Source: Psilocybe cubensis (lineage: Eukaryota). Taken from it: a stretch of DNA of 64,000 nt. This document shows, piece by piece, positions 38,626 to 51,495 of the stretch. Under the pieces are notes generated by a model that searched no databases, was not told the origin of the DNA, and saw only the letters and a list, made by a program, of their open reading frames with translations. The translations under genes were made by a program, and so were the position numbers. The stretch is from contig CM039005.1 of the NCBI GenBank assembly GCA_017499595.2, forward strand, positions 248,001 to 312,000. The letters run 5' to 3'. Positions within the stretch are counted from its first letter, which is position 1. Every line of letters begins with the position of its first letter.

Positions 38626-39744
38626 ATGGCAAAATGGCTTGGACCAATCTCATTACTTTCAACATTCACTTCTTCCAAAACACTCCAAGATCGCGTCGAA
38701 TCTCAGTACAAGATGGATTTACTACCACTGCGCACCAGACACGGAAGGAAAATGATTAGTAAACGCACTGGTTTATCGCGTTCTGCACTGCATGGTGGAG
38801 ACAGTTTGATTGGCTTCATCTCCACTGATCCACGCTCGGGTGCAAATAGTGGCATGAATCAAATACCCCCAGTTACAGAGCTGTTTGACCAGGCGGTGGT
38901 TGCCACCACGCAGGAGCGCCATGGATTCGCAGAGCGTATTGCGAAGGATATCATTGACAAGCAGGCTAGCACAGTGCCTCTTGTGAACGTGATCGTGTCA
39001 AAGGCATTGAACCCCGAAATGTGTCTTTCTGCAGCCGGCTGTGGAGTCGACATATTGTGTGATATTGTGGTGAAGGTGGTTGGTGAGCTCGGGTTCAATC
39101 AAAGAGGGGAGTTCGTGGGTTATTTGACGGAAGTAATTTTGAAGAAGACAAAGTCAAACTGGGCGATAGACTCAGAGACGTTCGGGTCAATGGTAAATTA
39201 CACCTTTTGCTGCTCGTATAATTCTTATTATTGACATTTTTACAACCACATACAGTACCGGGAACGGGGCCAATGGGGCCATGAAACTCATCTCCAGAAT
39301 CACATCCGTTGCGCGCTGTCTTTCAGCCGTTTCGTCGGCGAGCTGTTTATACGAGACGTCATATCCCGTCTAACCGTCGACGAGTGTCTCTGCGTCATCC
39401 TAGACTCCATACAGCCGCACAGCGCATATGTAGACTCTCTAGTTGGTGCCACGCTTATCTTAGATCGCGCGGGCCCAAAAATTTGGGATTGTCTCGATTT
39501 GCAGGGCAAGTTCACCACATTCTTACGGCCGAAGATCGAGCAAGTGGAAAGGCTCATGCGTCGACTGAGAGTAGCAGAGCGTCTAGTAATTGAGGCAGGA
39601 GATATGACCATTGTGAGTCGCGGGGTAATTGCTTCTGCAAAGGATATGAGTCGGGAGGATGTATCAGCAAAGGGGGTTGTCGATAGGCTTTTCAAGGTCA
39701 TTGATAGCTATGGGGGATTGCCGTTCGATAACTTCGAGGCCTAG
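38626..39744 (+). CDS. Divergent MIF4G-like helical protein A (start uncertain: 38626, 38712 or 38854)
   Basis: Intron 39193-39255; exon 2 RCALSFSRFVGELFIRDVISRLTVDECLCVIL..LDRAGPKIWD resembles the eIF4G MIF4G FIGEL motif. Confidence 0.55.
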
Positions 39745-40115
39745 ACATGTTTTGATACAATTCAGTGGCTGTGTAGGTGTACTCAAGATTAACCAATTCA
39801 ATTTCTTTGTCGTGTACAAGAGCGGCCTTCACCTGTCTGAATCGTTACATCTAAATAGTTTCACTCCGTGGCCCATCATGGGCGGTGAGGAACATTACAT
39901 ATAGGCCCTGGTGGCCCTCACTCACTTGGCCATAGTATACAGGTAGCGATAGAGTGTATATCAAGGCATTTTCTAAGAGGGCCCCCAACTAGTAACTTAA
40001 ATAGGCTGCTCGAAATGAGGACTGAATAAAAAGTCCCCACGTCTGTATATTCAGCAAGTAGGAACACCAGCATCTCTCCTACATTGAACTATCTGCTCAA
40101 CGAAACCTATCAGAT

Positions 40116-41422
40116 ATGGATTCAGATCCTAATAACGCGAGCTACGACCCTTGGTTGAGCCAACCACAATACTTGCCCATCCTAGAAAACGATGACCAGC
40201 CTGACTCGCTACCATCTCTTGCCTTCATCGATGAAGTTCTAAATTCATCTGAGGCGCTTCCTCCCCTAGTATGTCACTCTGGCATAAACGCCGATCATAA
40301 CAGCCGTCCCATGTTTGCGGCCTTGTTCGACGCGTTCATTGCGCTCCCTCATTCACCTGCACCAAGCGACCTTCCAGTCATGACATCCAGCGCAGAGGAG
40401 CGCGTACACCTCGCACGGTACATTGCGGAAGAATGCCTACAAAATACGGTACAGGGCGGGTGTGCCGGGATTTTTAATGTCCTGGGATATATGATCATGC
40501 GTGCCGCGATGCGGATCGATCGTGAATATTTGTACGAGGTTGATTTCACCGGGGCGGGGTATGTTTCTGCTGGTTCTTCATCTTCATCTTCCTCTGGGTC
40601 AGATTCTGGGTCAGCGGGTGGATCAGAACTCGGATCAGAGTCAGACTTTAATGGACATAATGAAGTTGATACGGCAAGATGGAAAGGGGCAGGGGTATCA
40701 ATGGAGAAATTAATCGCACTTGTGGAAGACATTGCGTCCGCACTGGGGGAGCAGAAGAAATTGTTTGCAGAAGTTCTTGGAGAAAAGCTGATCGGTACCA
40801 CCAAGTTTGTCTGGGATAAAAACATGTTCCCAGCTATGGTGGGTTCCCAGTTTGCTCTCGATACCAGGAAAGCAACTCTCTAATTGATTGTACCATGTTC
40901 GGTCAGAGGAAAAAAGTTTTCCGGGAGTCTCATCTGGAGGTTCACATGCGTCGGGCATTCCGTTTCAGTGCGTTTCTCGGGGAACTCTTTGTCCGCGACA
41001 TCATCTTTCGTAACACGCTCGACGCATGCATTAGCATCATACTTGAGAACGATTTGGATACACGCGGAGAGGCATGTATCGACCAGTTGGTGGCTCTTGC
41101 TGTGGTGCTGGACACTGCTCGCGGGAAGATGTGGGACGTTAATTTGATTATGCACGGAGAACTGGCCGACTCTTCCGTTTCTCGGGAAGAGCAGCGGAAG
41201 AAAGCAAAGGAAAATGAAGTACACAAATTCAAAACTCGACTTGAACTTGCGGTAAATGACATTGTGGCGACCGAAGTAGGATATGCGCGGACGCAGAAAG
41301 TAAATCATAAACGGGAGGTGCAAACTTGGATGCGCAAGAAGGGGTTGAAATTCTGGGAAATGGAGGCAAAATATGTGATGGGTCGGTTAAACGCAATTGT
41401 ATACAGGTGGTCGGGGATATAA
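40116..41422 (+). CDS. Divergent MIF4G-like helical protein B
   Basis: Intron 40839-40906 at the same position as paralog A; RRAFRFSAFLGELFVRDIIFRNTLDACISII..LDTARGKMWD. Confidence 0.55.
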
Positions 41423-41697
41423 GTAGTTGATGAACGGCTCGGAGAGGATTGTGCAAACTTATGGTATTTAGACCTGACTTGTATTTATGATTATGAACAG
41501 ATTATGAATATGATTGACGACTTCCAATGATTCACGAGTGTACACATGTCTACGTAGCCGTAACCACACAAGGTCAAATGTCTTTATAGAAGATATGTCA
41601 ATGGGTGTAACAGTGCTTTGACGGTATTGCGAGATCGTGTAGGATCGTGTCCTGCTTTGGTCCTGCTGGCGAAATGAGTCTAAGTGCCCGAAGACGA

Positions 41698-44657
41698 AGT
41701 CATGTGATGGGTACGCACGACGCGTCGATCACGACGCGTCAATGATAGGGGAGACGACGGGAGGATCCCGAAGGCCGAGCTTACATTTGCGAACTGATAA
41801 GATTGTGCAGATTGCCCACGGATGTGCACACAACAACGTAACCGCGTAGATCTGTGTATCGTTATCTGATGTCGAAGATGTTCTCAGGCTTTTTGACAGT
41901 GGGACAAATCCGTACTTTTGCCGATGAGGATGATTCGAGTCAGCGCTCAATCCTTCAAGACACCTCGAGGAGAAATTGATCATATCCGTAGCGCCTGGAG
42001 CGAATGGTAAGATATAAGCGATCAAAATTGATCACATCGTGTCTTGAAATGAGGTTGACTTCAGTTGTTAAAACATGTCATGATCAAGGCTGTGAAGTCG
42101 GAGCGCAGTCTGGCCTACGCGCACTGCGAATTCCTGTACATCGGTGACTATAGAAGAAGAGAAAGCATGGGAATTGATCATCAGATTTTAGTCATATTTA
42201 CACGATGTATACGCGAGTCATAGCCCAGTTCTACGGAATAAGACTGGAGCCTGGGATTTTGCATACACACATTAGAGGACCATTGTTCTCTGTCGACAGA
42301 TTCTTTCTCCCCCATATACTTCACAACTCAAACCATAACTCAACTACTCAACCTTCCAATTATGCCATTTGCCCTCAACTTTTCTGATCTTCAAGACTAT
42401 GCACCAAACAATGCATACGACTTCAACCTCGACCTTTTCTCATTGAGTGGCGACTGGGATACCGCTGTAGACTCGGTTCCCCTCGACCAGGCTGCCACCG
42501 AGGGTACCGATGCTCCTCTGGCTGGCCCATCGGAAAGTTATGTCCTCAACGATACTTCTCCATTATCCTTGGATGTATTGTCAAATACAGTAGGCCTTAC
42601 AGAAGAGCAGTGTGGCCTCGAAGACATGCGAGGCGAAGGGTGTGACATTTCCGGGCGCTCATACAGAACTCCAGAAGCGAGTGTCGCCGACTTCTTCGAT
42701 AGCTGGCCATCACCATTGCGGCCTATCCCATCATCACAAGATACCTCAGACCCAATAACTCAAGATAATCACCAGTTGATTCCCAAAGAATTTGAGGGAT
42801 ATGAGGAACCATCGGCAGAAGCACTGGTAAATTCATTCATAAGCTCCTTGGCGGAGCTAATCAACACCAACGACACGGTGTCTTCAGGAAGAGGGAGTGG
42901 CGTTGAATCGTGAGCCCCAAAATCAGATATATAATATCTTATCTGAAAGTTTGTCATGATTTCAGACCATCATTACCGCCAATACCGTCCATGGGACAGG
43001 CAGGTCCCTCTCGTTGGAGTCGAGAGCAATGGGATGAGTCGATTCAGCAATCGACTGACTGGAGTCATGGCATCGACCACGATACAGCGAGGGCGTCTCA
43101 CAGTGGATTGTATTCTCAATACAGCCACTCATCGTTTCCTCCGGATGCGACACCATCACCGCATCAGAGGTGCTCAGAACGTATGGGCGCTCCTACTCAG
43201 ATGACATATGAAGGGGATACAGCGCCCATACACAGTGTGCATGGGAATAAAATGTTAGTTTTCATCAAACAATTACAGAAATCGAGGCTCAAAATGAGTT
43301 CAATTTACAGGCCATCTTTTCGATCTACCTTGACAGGGAGCAGCAGTGGTACTAGTCAGTATCAGGGCATGAATTACAACCATGCTCAGCCATGGTTTGG
43401 ACCGGGTGAGGGTTTCAACACTCACCAATCAATGTCTTTCTCCTCGGCAAGAGAGGTGAAAGAAATCAACAACATTAGATCCATCAGCGATGGATGCAAC
43501 GACGTCCGCTCCAGGCTCACACTTGAGCCCGTAGAGCAAACAAACATCGATGGCCAAACGAATGACGGAGGGTATGAAGTTTTTTCTCTCCCCTCTTTGA
43601 CGTAGATATTGATGTGATTCATTTTAAAATATCAGGCGGGGAGCGGGGCCAGTGTTAGAGCATGGCCAGGAGAATGGCAGGTACGATTATAAACAATGAT
43701 TTTGAGATGGGGAATTCACGAGAAAAATTGTTTACAAAGGGATTCGAGCGCGCCGCGGCCTCGCAAGAGACATCAAGAAGAGTTGGAGTCAGAAAGCGAA
43801 GACACAAGAGGCTCCAAATCTAAAAAGGCCAGGCTCTCAGAATCCCAGGATACAATCCGAGGCCCCGGGATTACAGAGGTTGAGGGAAAGAGGGGCAAAC
43901 CAAGGAACTTGAATCCGAGGGCCCCAGCGCTCATGAAGTCGTACGTACACGACATGATGCCACTGACAGAGCCTGGGGCCAAGGAAGGGGGATTTGTCCC
44001 ACTCGTAACAGCCGAGAGGACAGTGGCTAGCGAGGCATTTGATCGCCACCAAATGCCCGTTAGCATGGACAATTTAGTGGTGGAGTAAGTGTTTTCGATT
44101 CTACATTGTTCAGATAAGATAGTGACTTACGTGCCGTAATTCTTCAGGACCGGGAGTCCCGCCATATCCAAAAGGAAAAGGCCTAGGGGAGGCAAGAAGT
44201 CGAAAGCCTCGTAGTGATGTGGTTTAGAGGGCCGCGCCTTGTACGATAGTCAGTGGGTAGTGTAGCACATCGTCGACGGCAACATAATGCCATATTTTTT
44301 ATATCTCGCACCTTTTATCAGTCCCGCTCATCGATGGGCCGCCATGATTTCTCACGGCGAACTTCGGCAACGGCGTTGATAATAAAAAGGATTTTGCACT
44401 CGAACCGTTTGAAAAATAACAAAACTGAAAAGAGAAATGGACAAAAAAGAAACTGGGAACGTGGTAACAAGCACTAGCTCGAGGTGAGGCCTAACGGGCA
44501 GTGCAAGAATGAGAAGAGAGAATCCATACCCATGAAACTAACCTAACGAGCAGTGTGAGAATAAAAGAGAGAAACATAGGAACATATTTAGTAAGGAAAG
44601 ACTAAATAGCTGTACTGCGAACAAAGGCTTTGATGCCTGATGCATTCATCCAATAAT
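41698..44657 (+). repeat. Left arm of inverted segmental duplication
   Basis: Reverse complement of 49739-53833 (right arm has two extra insertions); ~41800-42570 nearly identical. Confidence 0.95.
42362..44214 (+). CDS. Orphan protein, acidic N-terminus and basic NLS-like C-terminus (copy 1, 6 exons)
   Basis: MPFALNFSDLQDYAPNN...; splice sites conserved with copy 2; RPRKRH, KRKRPRGGKKSKAS*. Confidence 0.65.
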
Positions 44658-45186
44658 GGGGGAGGTTAGAGTGGATGATTCAGAGGCCATTCAGCAACGC
44701 AATTCAGAGGCGAATCTTGTCATCAGAAGTGTGGGAAGGCGCTGAATCGCCTTAGAATCTACAGTTTTGGAGCAATTTGAAAGCCTCTTAAGGATGTTTC
44801 CACTATATGTGTTGAAAATATTGAAATGATCAGAATCCTCCCTTCTCTTTGTGCTTTCAGAACACAGAAATTAAGTGAATACAGGAAATATACTGGTCTC
44901 AGCAGCAAATACATCATATTCAATACTTCAATTAAATGAAAAGGACTACGCATCACTATGGATGCCATGTAAGTTGAAAATTGCAGAAACAAACTTTGCT
45001 TCTGCTGAATCGGAAACGTGAATCGTGAGTGAAGCGAATTTTATCCAGGGGGAACCTCACTCTTCTGGCTTTCCATAGGGGGAGGGGGTCATAGTGAATC
45101 GCGTTTCGGAAGCAAATCTTGATCCCAGAATCGGTCATGAATATTGAATCCTGACCGCCTCTGAATAGTCCACTCTGACCTCGCTA
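44658..45186. mobile_element. TIR element (~530 bp) at inner end of the left duplication arm
   Basis: GAGGTTAGAGTGGATGATTCAGAGGC versus GCCTCTGAATAGTCCACTCTGACCTC; GAATC/ATTCAG subterminal motifs; no TSD. Confidence 0.65.
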
Positions 45187-45601
45187 TTTTTCACAGGTGG
45201 ATCTTGTGCCTTGCTCTCCTCGCCTCACATCCCCCCTGCTGTGCTTCCCAATACACAAAAAATACGACTCAGAAAGAGATTTGTTGATAGAAGTCAGAAG
45301 TTGATGCAGATACAGCCGCGAAACTTGAAAGCAAAGAAGAAACACCGACTGGTGATTGGATGGGATGAAGTTGGAAGTTGCGTGTGGATGATAATACGAT
45401 ATATAATACTGTACAAAATAAAAGAAAAGAGAAGAGAAGCACGGGAGGTGGCGGAGCAGGACACTCAAATCCTATCGACGAGTGCCCAAAGGATAGTCCC
45501 AAAAAGAAAAGAAAAGATCTCCAAAATGTAGAGAAGAAAGGGAACCAAACAGCAAGCGTCAAGCTCATACCGAGAGATCAGACCTATCGTCTGTCCATCC
45601 T

Positions 45602-48600
45602 TCATCGCAGCGACATCTTCGACGCACGAGTCGCAAGACCACCCATCCTTTCTTTTTCCATTGCAGCAGCAGCGGCAGCATCCACACCCTCTCTCGCCCT
45701 CTCTCTTTCTTCCTCCCCAGGACCAGCACCAACACCCAGAGTTCCACCAACGACAACACCTCCCCTTTCACCTGCAGTTCTGATGCTCACCAGCACATCC
45801 CTGCAGTACTTGACTTTTTCCAGTAGCCGCGCGTTGAGCTTGGCCTTGTCCAGCTCTGCCTGCGGCGCAGTGGCCGGCGGAGGTGGCTGGAAGGAAGCAG
45901 CCATAATAGACGAAAGCGAATGTCGCGTCAGCTTGTAGTGTTTGTCGATGTGAGTCACAAGTTGTCCAGAGGAAGACAGGATGAGTTTAGAGTGGTCATA
46001 AAAGTTGAACTATATTGAAATTATTAAATGGAGAAACATGACTAGAAGAAAGAAACTTACCTGTAGAACATCGTGACTCAATTTGAATACGATGACATGC
46101 TTCATTCGCAAATACTTTTGCACCCACTCCATTCCCCTTTCCCGGCCTACGTCTTCGAACGTCCAGTCGTACTCGCCGTACAGCCGGTCCATGATATACC
46201 GCTCAAAGTGCTTTAGGAGGTACACCTTGGATTTGAGGTCCTCGGGGTACTCCTCGACGGTGTACGACTTGCGCACGTAGATCGAACCCGAGCGGCGTGA
46301 GGTAATGTAGTCAAAGTGTCTATATGAACAAATTAGTTCGGATGAGAGGATGAGGAAAGGGAACAGCACATACACTTTATCAGCACTCAGTACAACAGTC
46401 GTGCTGTCGTTGAAATGCACGCCCACACTCCCGTCAGTCAAGGCATAGCCCATACCATACTTATTGCAATAATCCACCCAGCTGACAATGAACACCTTCT
46501 CGTCCGGGAGAGGCAGCGCAGCTGAAGGGGGCGCGGGATAGAGACGCCCTGCGGCTTTGGCCTCAAAGGCAAGTGTGAGGGTGTGCGCAGCCGCGTCAAA
46601 GCCGTTCAACTTCGGTAGGGGTTCGGTAGGTGCAGGGGTAGGGGCGTTGGTAGTGACGGTGGTGGTGTGTTTAAGCGCCGGCTTGAGGGAGCCATGCTTG
46701 ACTGTGCTGGGGTTGATGTTGACGTTCTCTTTGTCGCCAGACGATGGCACGCGCTCCTTCTCCCTTAACGAGCGGGTTGGGTATGTCTGCTGCTGCTCCC
46801 TCAACCTCTCCGGCTCCCTAGGATCAGGCCTGCGCTCCTCCTCTTCATCTTCATCATCATCCTGAGGAAGTTCGTCACCTTCCTCGCGCACGGGTGCCAT
46901 CTGAGCGACAATCCTCGCCTTCTGCGCTTCCAGCTCCTTGGTACGTAGACGCATCTCCTCGGCCTCTTCAGGGTCCGCCACACCATCAACGTCCATCATA
47001 TTGAGCCTGCGGTGGGACCGAATACTGCCCGCCCTCGGCGCCGCCTCAACAGCAGCGCGTGGGTTATCGCTTTCCTCGACAATCCCATCCAAGCCCCTCG
47101 TCACGCTTCTTCTACCGAGCGGACTCGCGCTCGCCAGGCCCCCAACACCATTCGCACCACCTGCACCACCCTCCTTGACTGCCTGCAGCTTGCGAAGGAG
47201 CGGGTTCTCACGCGGACCAGCACCGCCGGGGGAACCATTCGTGCTCATGACCAATGGCTGTCGCGCAGAACTGAGGAGCGCAGAGATAGGCGAGCCAGGT
47301 TGCACCGCCTTCTGGAACTCCTTCTCCTGCTGCGCGATACTCGACGTGATGCTCTTGCTCGCTGCAATACTCGACATATTGTTTGAGCTACCGGAAGCAG
47401 GGAGGGAGCCTGAAGGGGCAACACCTGCTGCCGCGCCAGCGGAAGCACCCGCTGCTGAGAAATCGACGTCCAGGAGCGAGTACTTGCGCAGCCGTTTTAG
47501 ATTCGCGTCGCTCGCCGCCTTGGAGACATGTCTGAAATCGGGGGGCGCGTCGTGCGCGGACGTGGGGATGTACGCGGGGACTGGGCCCTGTGTGAAGAAT
47601 GTATGATCCACAATCTCATGGAGCGTGGGGCGTTCTGCAGGGTTTGGTGTCAAGATGAGTTGGATGAGGTGTTGCACGGCGGACGAGATGACACGCTCTG
47701 TTGGGAATTCGTACTCGTTGTCCCTAATGCGCTTGTATATCGCCTTGACGTCCTTGGTCTGGAACGGTGGGCGGCCGACAACGAGCGTGTACAGAATGAC
47801 ACCAACGCTCCACGTGTCAACTTCAAAGCTGTGGCCGTTGGCGGTGTCGAAGAGAACCTCCGGTGCGATGTAGTTAGGTGTACCGCAGATGGTTTTCTTC
47901 CGCTCCCCAGGATTCTCTATGAGTGCCGCAAGCCCAAAGTCACCCACTTTAACGTTCATATTCGCGTCGAGGAAGAGGTTACCGAGTTTGAGATCACGGT
48001 GGATGACCTGGTGAGTGTGCATGTAGTGGCATGCACCAATGAGTTGCACCATGAAGAAACGCGACTCAGGCTCGGTGAAACGCCGTCGTCTGCGCAGCAT
48101 GTCCATAAGCGAGCCTGAAGGACATAGCTCGAGCGTCATGTAGACGTTGTCGCTGTCCTCAAAACATTCTTGGAAGTGCACAATATTAGGGTGCTCGAGC
48201 GAACGATGAATTTTGATTTCTGCGTAGAGCTGCGGCACGCGTCAGGTGAGTGGTACTTTGGGAAAGGAGTAAATGAAACGTACTTTAGTTTTAGCTTTCT
48301 TAGTTTTGAGAGAGGCTTTGGTAACAACCTTACACGCTAAGCGAGAACCTCGCTGGTCTTTCACTTCGTATACCCTGGCAAATCCACCCTTCAGAAAAAA
48401 AAAGCATTAGTATGAGCCACCCAACGTCCACCGTGCATCATTCCAAATCCATGCATCATTCATCCAGGCCAACGCTCAACATCAATAAGAGAAAAAAACC
48501 CACCTCGCCCAAAAACCCAACCCTGTCAAATTGCAACCTTCCTGTCTTGTCACTAATAACCTTCGGAGGTGATGGCGGTGTTGTCTTGCTGTTTTGCCGT

Positions 48601-48839
48601 GGGAGCGGTGGCGAACTAGGTGCCTTCGGTGGAGGCTTCGGCCCCTCTTGATGCTGTTGTTGTTGATTTTGGTGTGTCTGATGAGGGTGCGCAGAGGCGG
48701 GGTAGTTCACGTTCATGGCGGTATTCGTCAACGGGTGTCTGCGCTGCAATGGCATGCCAGAGGGGTGGCCGCTCCCGCCCCCAATGGTCGGTTGCGGTGG
48801 CGGAGGCATGTTTCGATAGTTCGTCGGTGCTTGATACAT
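45602..48839 (-). CDS. CDC5: Polo-like kinase (Cdc5/Plo1 ortholog)
   Basis: GFLGE|GGFARVY, HRDLKLGN, GDFGLA, RKKTICGTPNYIAPE; polo boxes WVDYCNKYGMGY..GVHFND and FKLSHDVLQ|FNFYDHSK. Confidence 0.95.
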
Positions 48840-49855
48840 ACTTGCTCGCTGTTAATGCCGATTTCGATGTCGATGTCGATGTCGATGTATACGATGTGGT
48901 TGCTGCTTATTTACCTACAGAGCCTTATGCTTGCCTTGCACTCGGTGTGTCTTTTCTAGTCGATGCCTTGTCTTCGTTTTAAACAGGCCTAACACCTTAG
49001 AGAAGACACTGTCGGTGGGTTGAAACAGAGATCGTGGGGGTTGGTGGAGGAAAAGAAACAAAATCGGAAAAGTTGAACCAACTGTCGCACGAGGCAAACG
49101 CGTTTTGGTGCAGGTGTCACGTGGGGGCGAGTTGTTGAAAGTTCGCACAATGTCGCGCCACGAACTTTCTGATGGCAATCCTTTTCTTGTTCTCCATTAG
49201 TGTGCGGTATTGTACCATATACAAGCTGAAAACATTCTTTTTGCTTGAAAAAGGGTGAAGTGGGTGCGAAAACATATGCCTTGTCCTCGGACCTTGATTC
49301 TGTTTACGCATGCAAGCATACTGCCTGGCTGTTGCATTTCGATATAATTTAATCAGTTGAGGGCATCTACGGCTCTCGAGCGCAATGTCAAGCTTATGAA
49401 CGGCACTCTTAATAAATTCTTGAATTCTTTGGCGTAAGGTATGGCCGCCGGCCCTCATTCGGAAGGAAGTCCATTGGAGGTGACATAATTGAGGGTGTGA
49501 AATGGGATTTCGTATCAGCAATGTAGCTAGAGATAGACTGAACTCAGCAGTAACAGTTTTTGCTGTCGTGGTATCAATATTCCGAGTACTACGCTGACAG
49601 TTCTTACGTATTTCGGGGTACTAGAGGACTCCGTGGCAGGTAAAGGACTAGAAAATGGTTGGGGAGAGTATTAATGAAATAAAAGAAATCAGGCAAAACC
49701 CCTGATGCATTTAAACACGCATCATACACGCTGATTGGATTATTAGATGAATGCCTCTCGCATAAAAAGCCTTTGTTCGTAGTTCAGCTACATAGCCTTT
49801 CCCTGCTAAATATGTTCCCCTGTCTCTTTCTTTTATTCTCACCTGATCGTTAGGC

Positions 49856-50846
49856 CAGGCCTGGGGAGGCTCCCCTAAGGGCTTGTCCGTTATTTCGATG
49901 ATTTGACCCTCAAACCCGAGAGAATTTGGGTCTCAATCCCCGAAACTGGGTTATTTCCAAATATGGTAATTTTTCTCCCCCTACAGAGCGTCAATCAGTC
50001 AACACCGAGAAAATTATCGCAAATAGTATGGTAATTCTAATATTTGGGTGTATTTGATGATTTTGGTACATTTTTCTATCCATTTAAATTGAATTTGGGG
50101 TGCAAGGATAATCTTTGACCCTGGTAAATGTCCCAATAATCCGCAATTCTGGCCTCAAATCCGCCAGATCCGGACAATGTTCGCAGAAAGTCCCGTCCGC
50201 AGACTGTAAGGTTCGCCAAACCTTGAAGCTTGAATGTCCAACCGCGAACCGCGAGCCTTGAGGCGCGAACATTGAACAGCGAACTGCAAACCACAAACTT
50301 ATTTGTAAAGAACCAATGAAAGCAGCACAATTTTATAGTTACTAGTTCCTGCTATCATGAAGGTTTTCCCCAAACAAGCTTTATTTCAATGATTGAGCGT
50401 AAAGAAATCATAAATATATTCATGCACATAAATAAGGGACAGAAATGCGGTCAGCTCTTCCAAGCTTTAGCTACCTCCAAGTATTGGAAATCTAACCAGG
50501 AATATAGCCAGCTTGATGCAATCTTGAAACAGGCTTGAGGAGATCCACGAGAAGGGTATGTATTTATTTTGCTTTGCATCTCCCACTATACCTATATTAT
50601 TCAAGGGAATACGGCTCTGAAAAATCACGACAGTCTACAGCGGTGCATTAACCAGTGCCAACAGTGGCTCTCATGCAGGATCCTGTTTGCATCACAGATT
50701 CCATAGCACAAACAAGTTCGTGGTTCCCCGTTCGCGGGTAGGCGAACCGACAAGGTCTGCCAACGAGATGCCCACAATTTTCGTCCTGCAGCCCCTCAAA
50801 TCCGCGAGAATCTAGACAAGCCTCTAGGGGAGCTTCCCGGGGCCTG
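49856..50846. mobile_element. Non-autonomous TIR element (991 bp), superfamily unassigned
   Basis: ~32-bp TIR CAGGCC.GGG.AG.CTCCCCTA..GGCTTGTC; flanks TTAGGC/TGAGGC (5/6); absent at the paralogous site near 44490. Confidence 0.8.
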
Positions 50847-50944
50847 TGAGGCCTTGTCTCGAGCAAGTTGTTTGCTTGCCCACCTTTCCACACTCCCAGT
50901 TTCTTTTCTGTCCATTTCTCTTTTCTGTTTTGTTATTTTTCAGT

Positions 50945-51292
50945 CTTTATAGCACACTATTCGGCTGTTCCAGCTTGGGCTCCGAAGGCCCTTCGCGAGA
51001 GAAATTCGGCGACAAAAAATAGATGCACTTTTTGCACCGAAAACCCTCAGCTCGTGTCCAAGCCTAGCTTCCACATCTTCATTGTATTCAACATTCCTCA
51101 TTTCCATTTTTCCTCCAAAGGAGCTCACCCTAAGCCTACATTTCTCACAGACTCGGGTCCAAGGACTCAACGTAAGATATGTTCTTAAAAGACTCGACAT
51201 GGATGTCGTCTTAACTATTATGTGCCGGATACAGAGTCAATATGAAACCAAGGTTCAATGGAAATCAAAAACATACTCCTATTCCTGCAATG
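50945..51292. mobile_element. 348-bp insertion bounded by an 8-bp direct repeat
   Basis: TTTTCAGT at 50937-50944 and 51293-51300; segment absent from the left arm near 44410; no convincing TIR. Confidence 0.5.
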
Positions 51293-51495
51293 TTTTCAGT
51301 AACAGTTCGAGTGCAGAATCATTTGTATCATCAACGTCGTTGCCGAAGTTCGCCGTGAGAAATCATGGCGGCCCATCGATGAGCGGGACTGATAAAAGGT
51401 GCGAGATATAAAAAATATGGCATTCCGTTGCCGTCGACGATGTGCTACACTACCTAATGACTATCGTACAAGACGCCGCCCCTTATGCCACATCA

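Noticed and set aside
41729-42025. Conserved antisense ORF MIAYILPFAPG (also 53508-53792)
   Set aside because: Non-ATG start; conservation is explained by the near-identical duplicated DNA
46557-48118. Long plus-strand ORFs opposite the polo kinase
   Set aside because: Antisense shadows of GC-rich coding sequence
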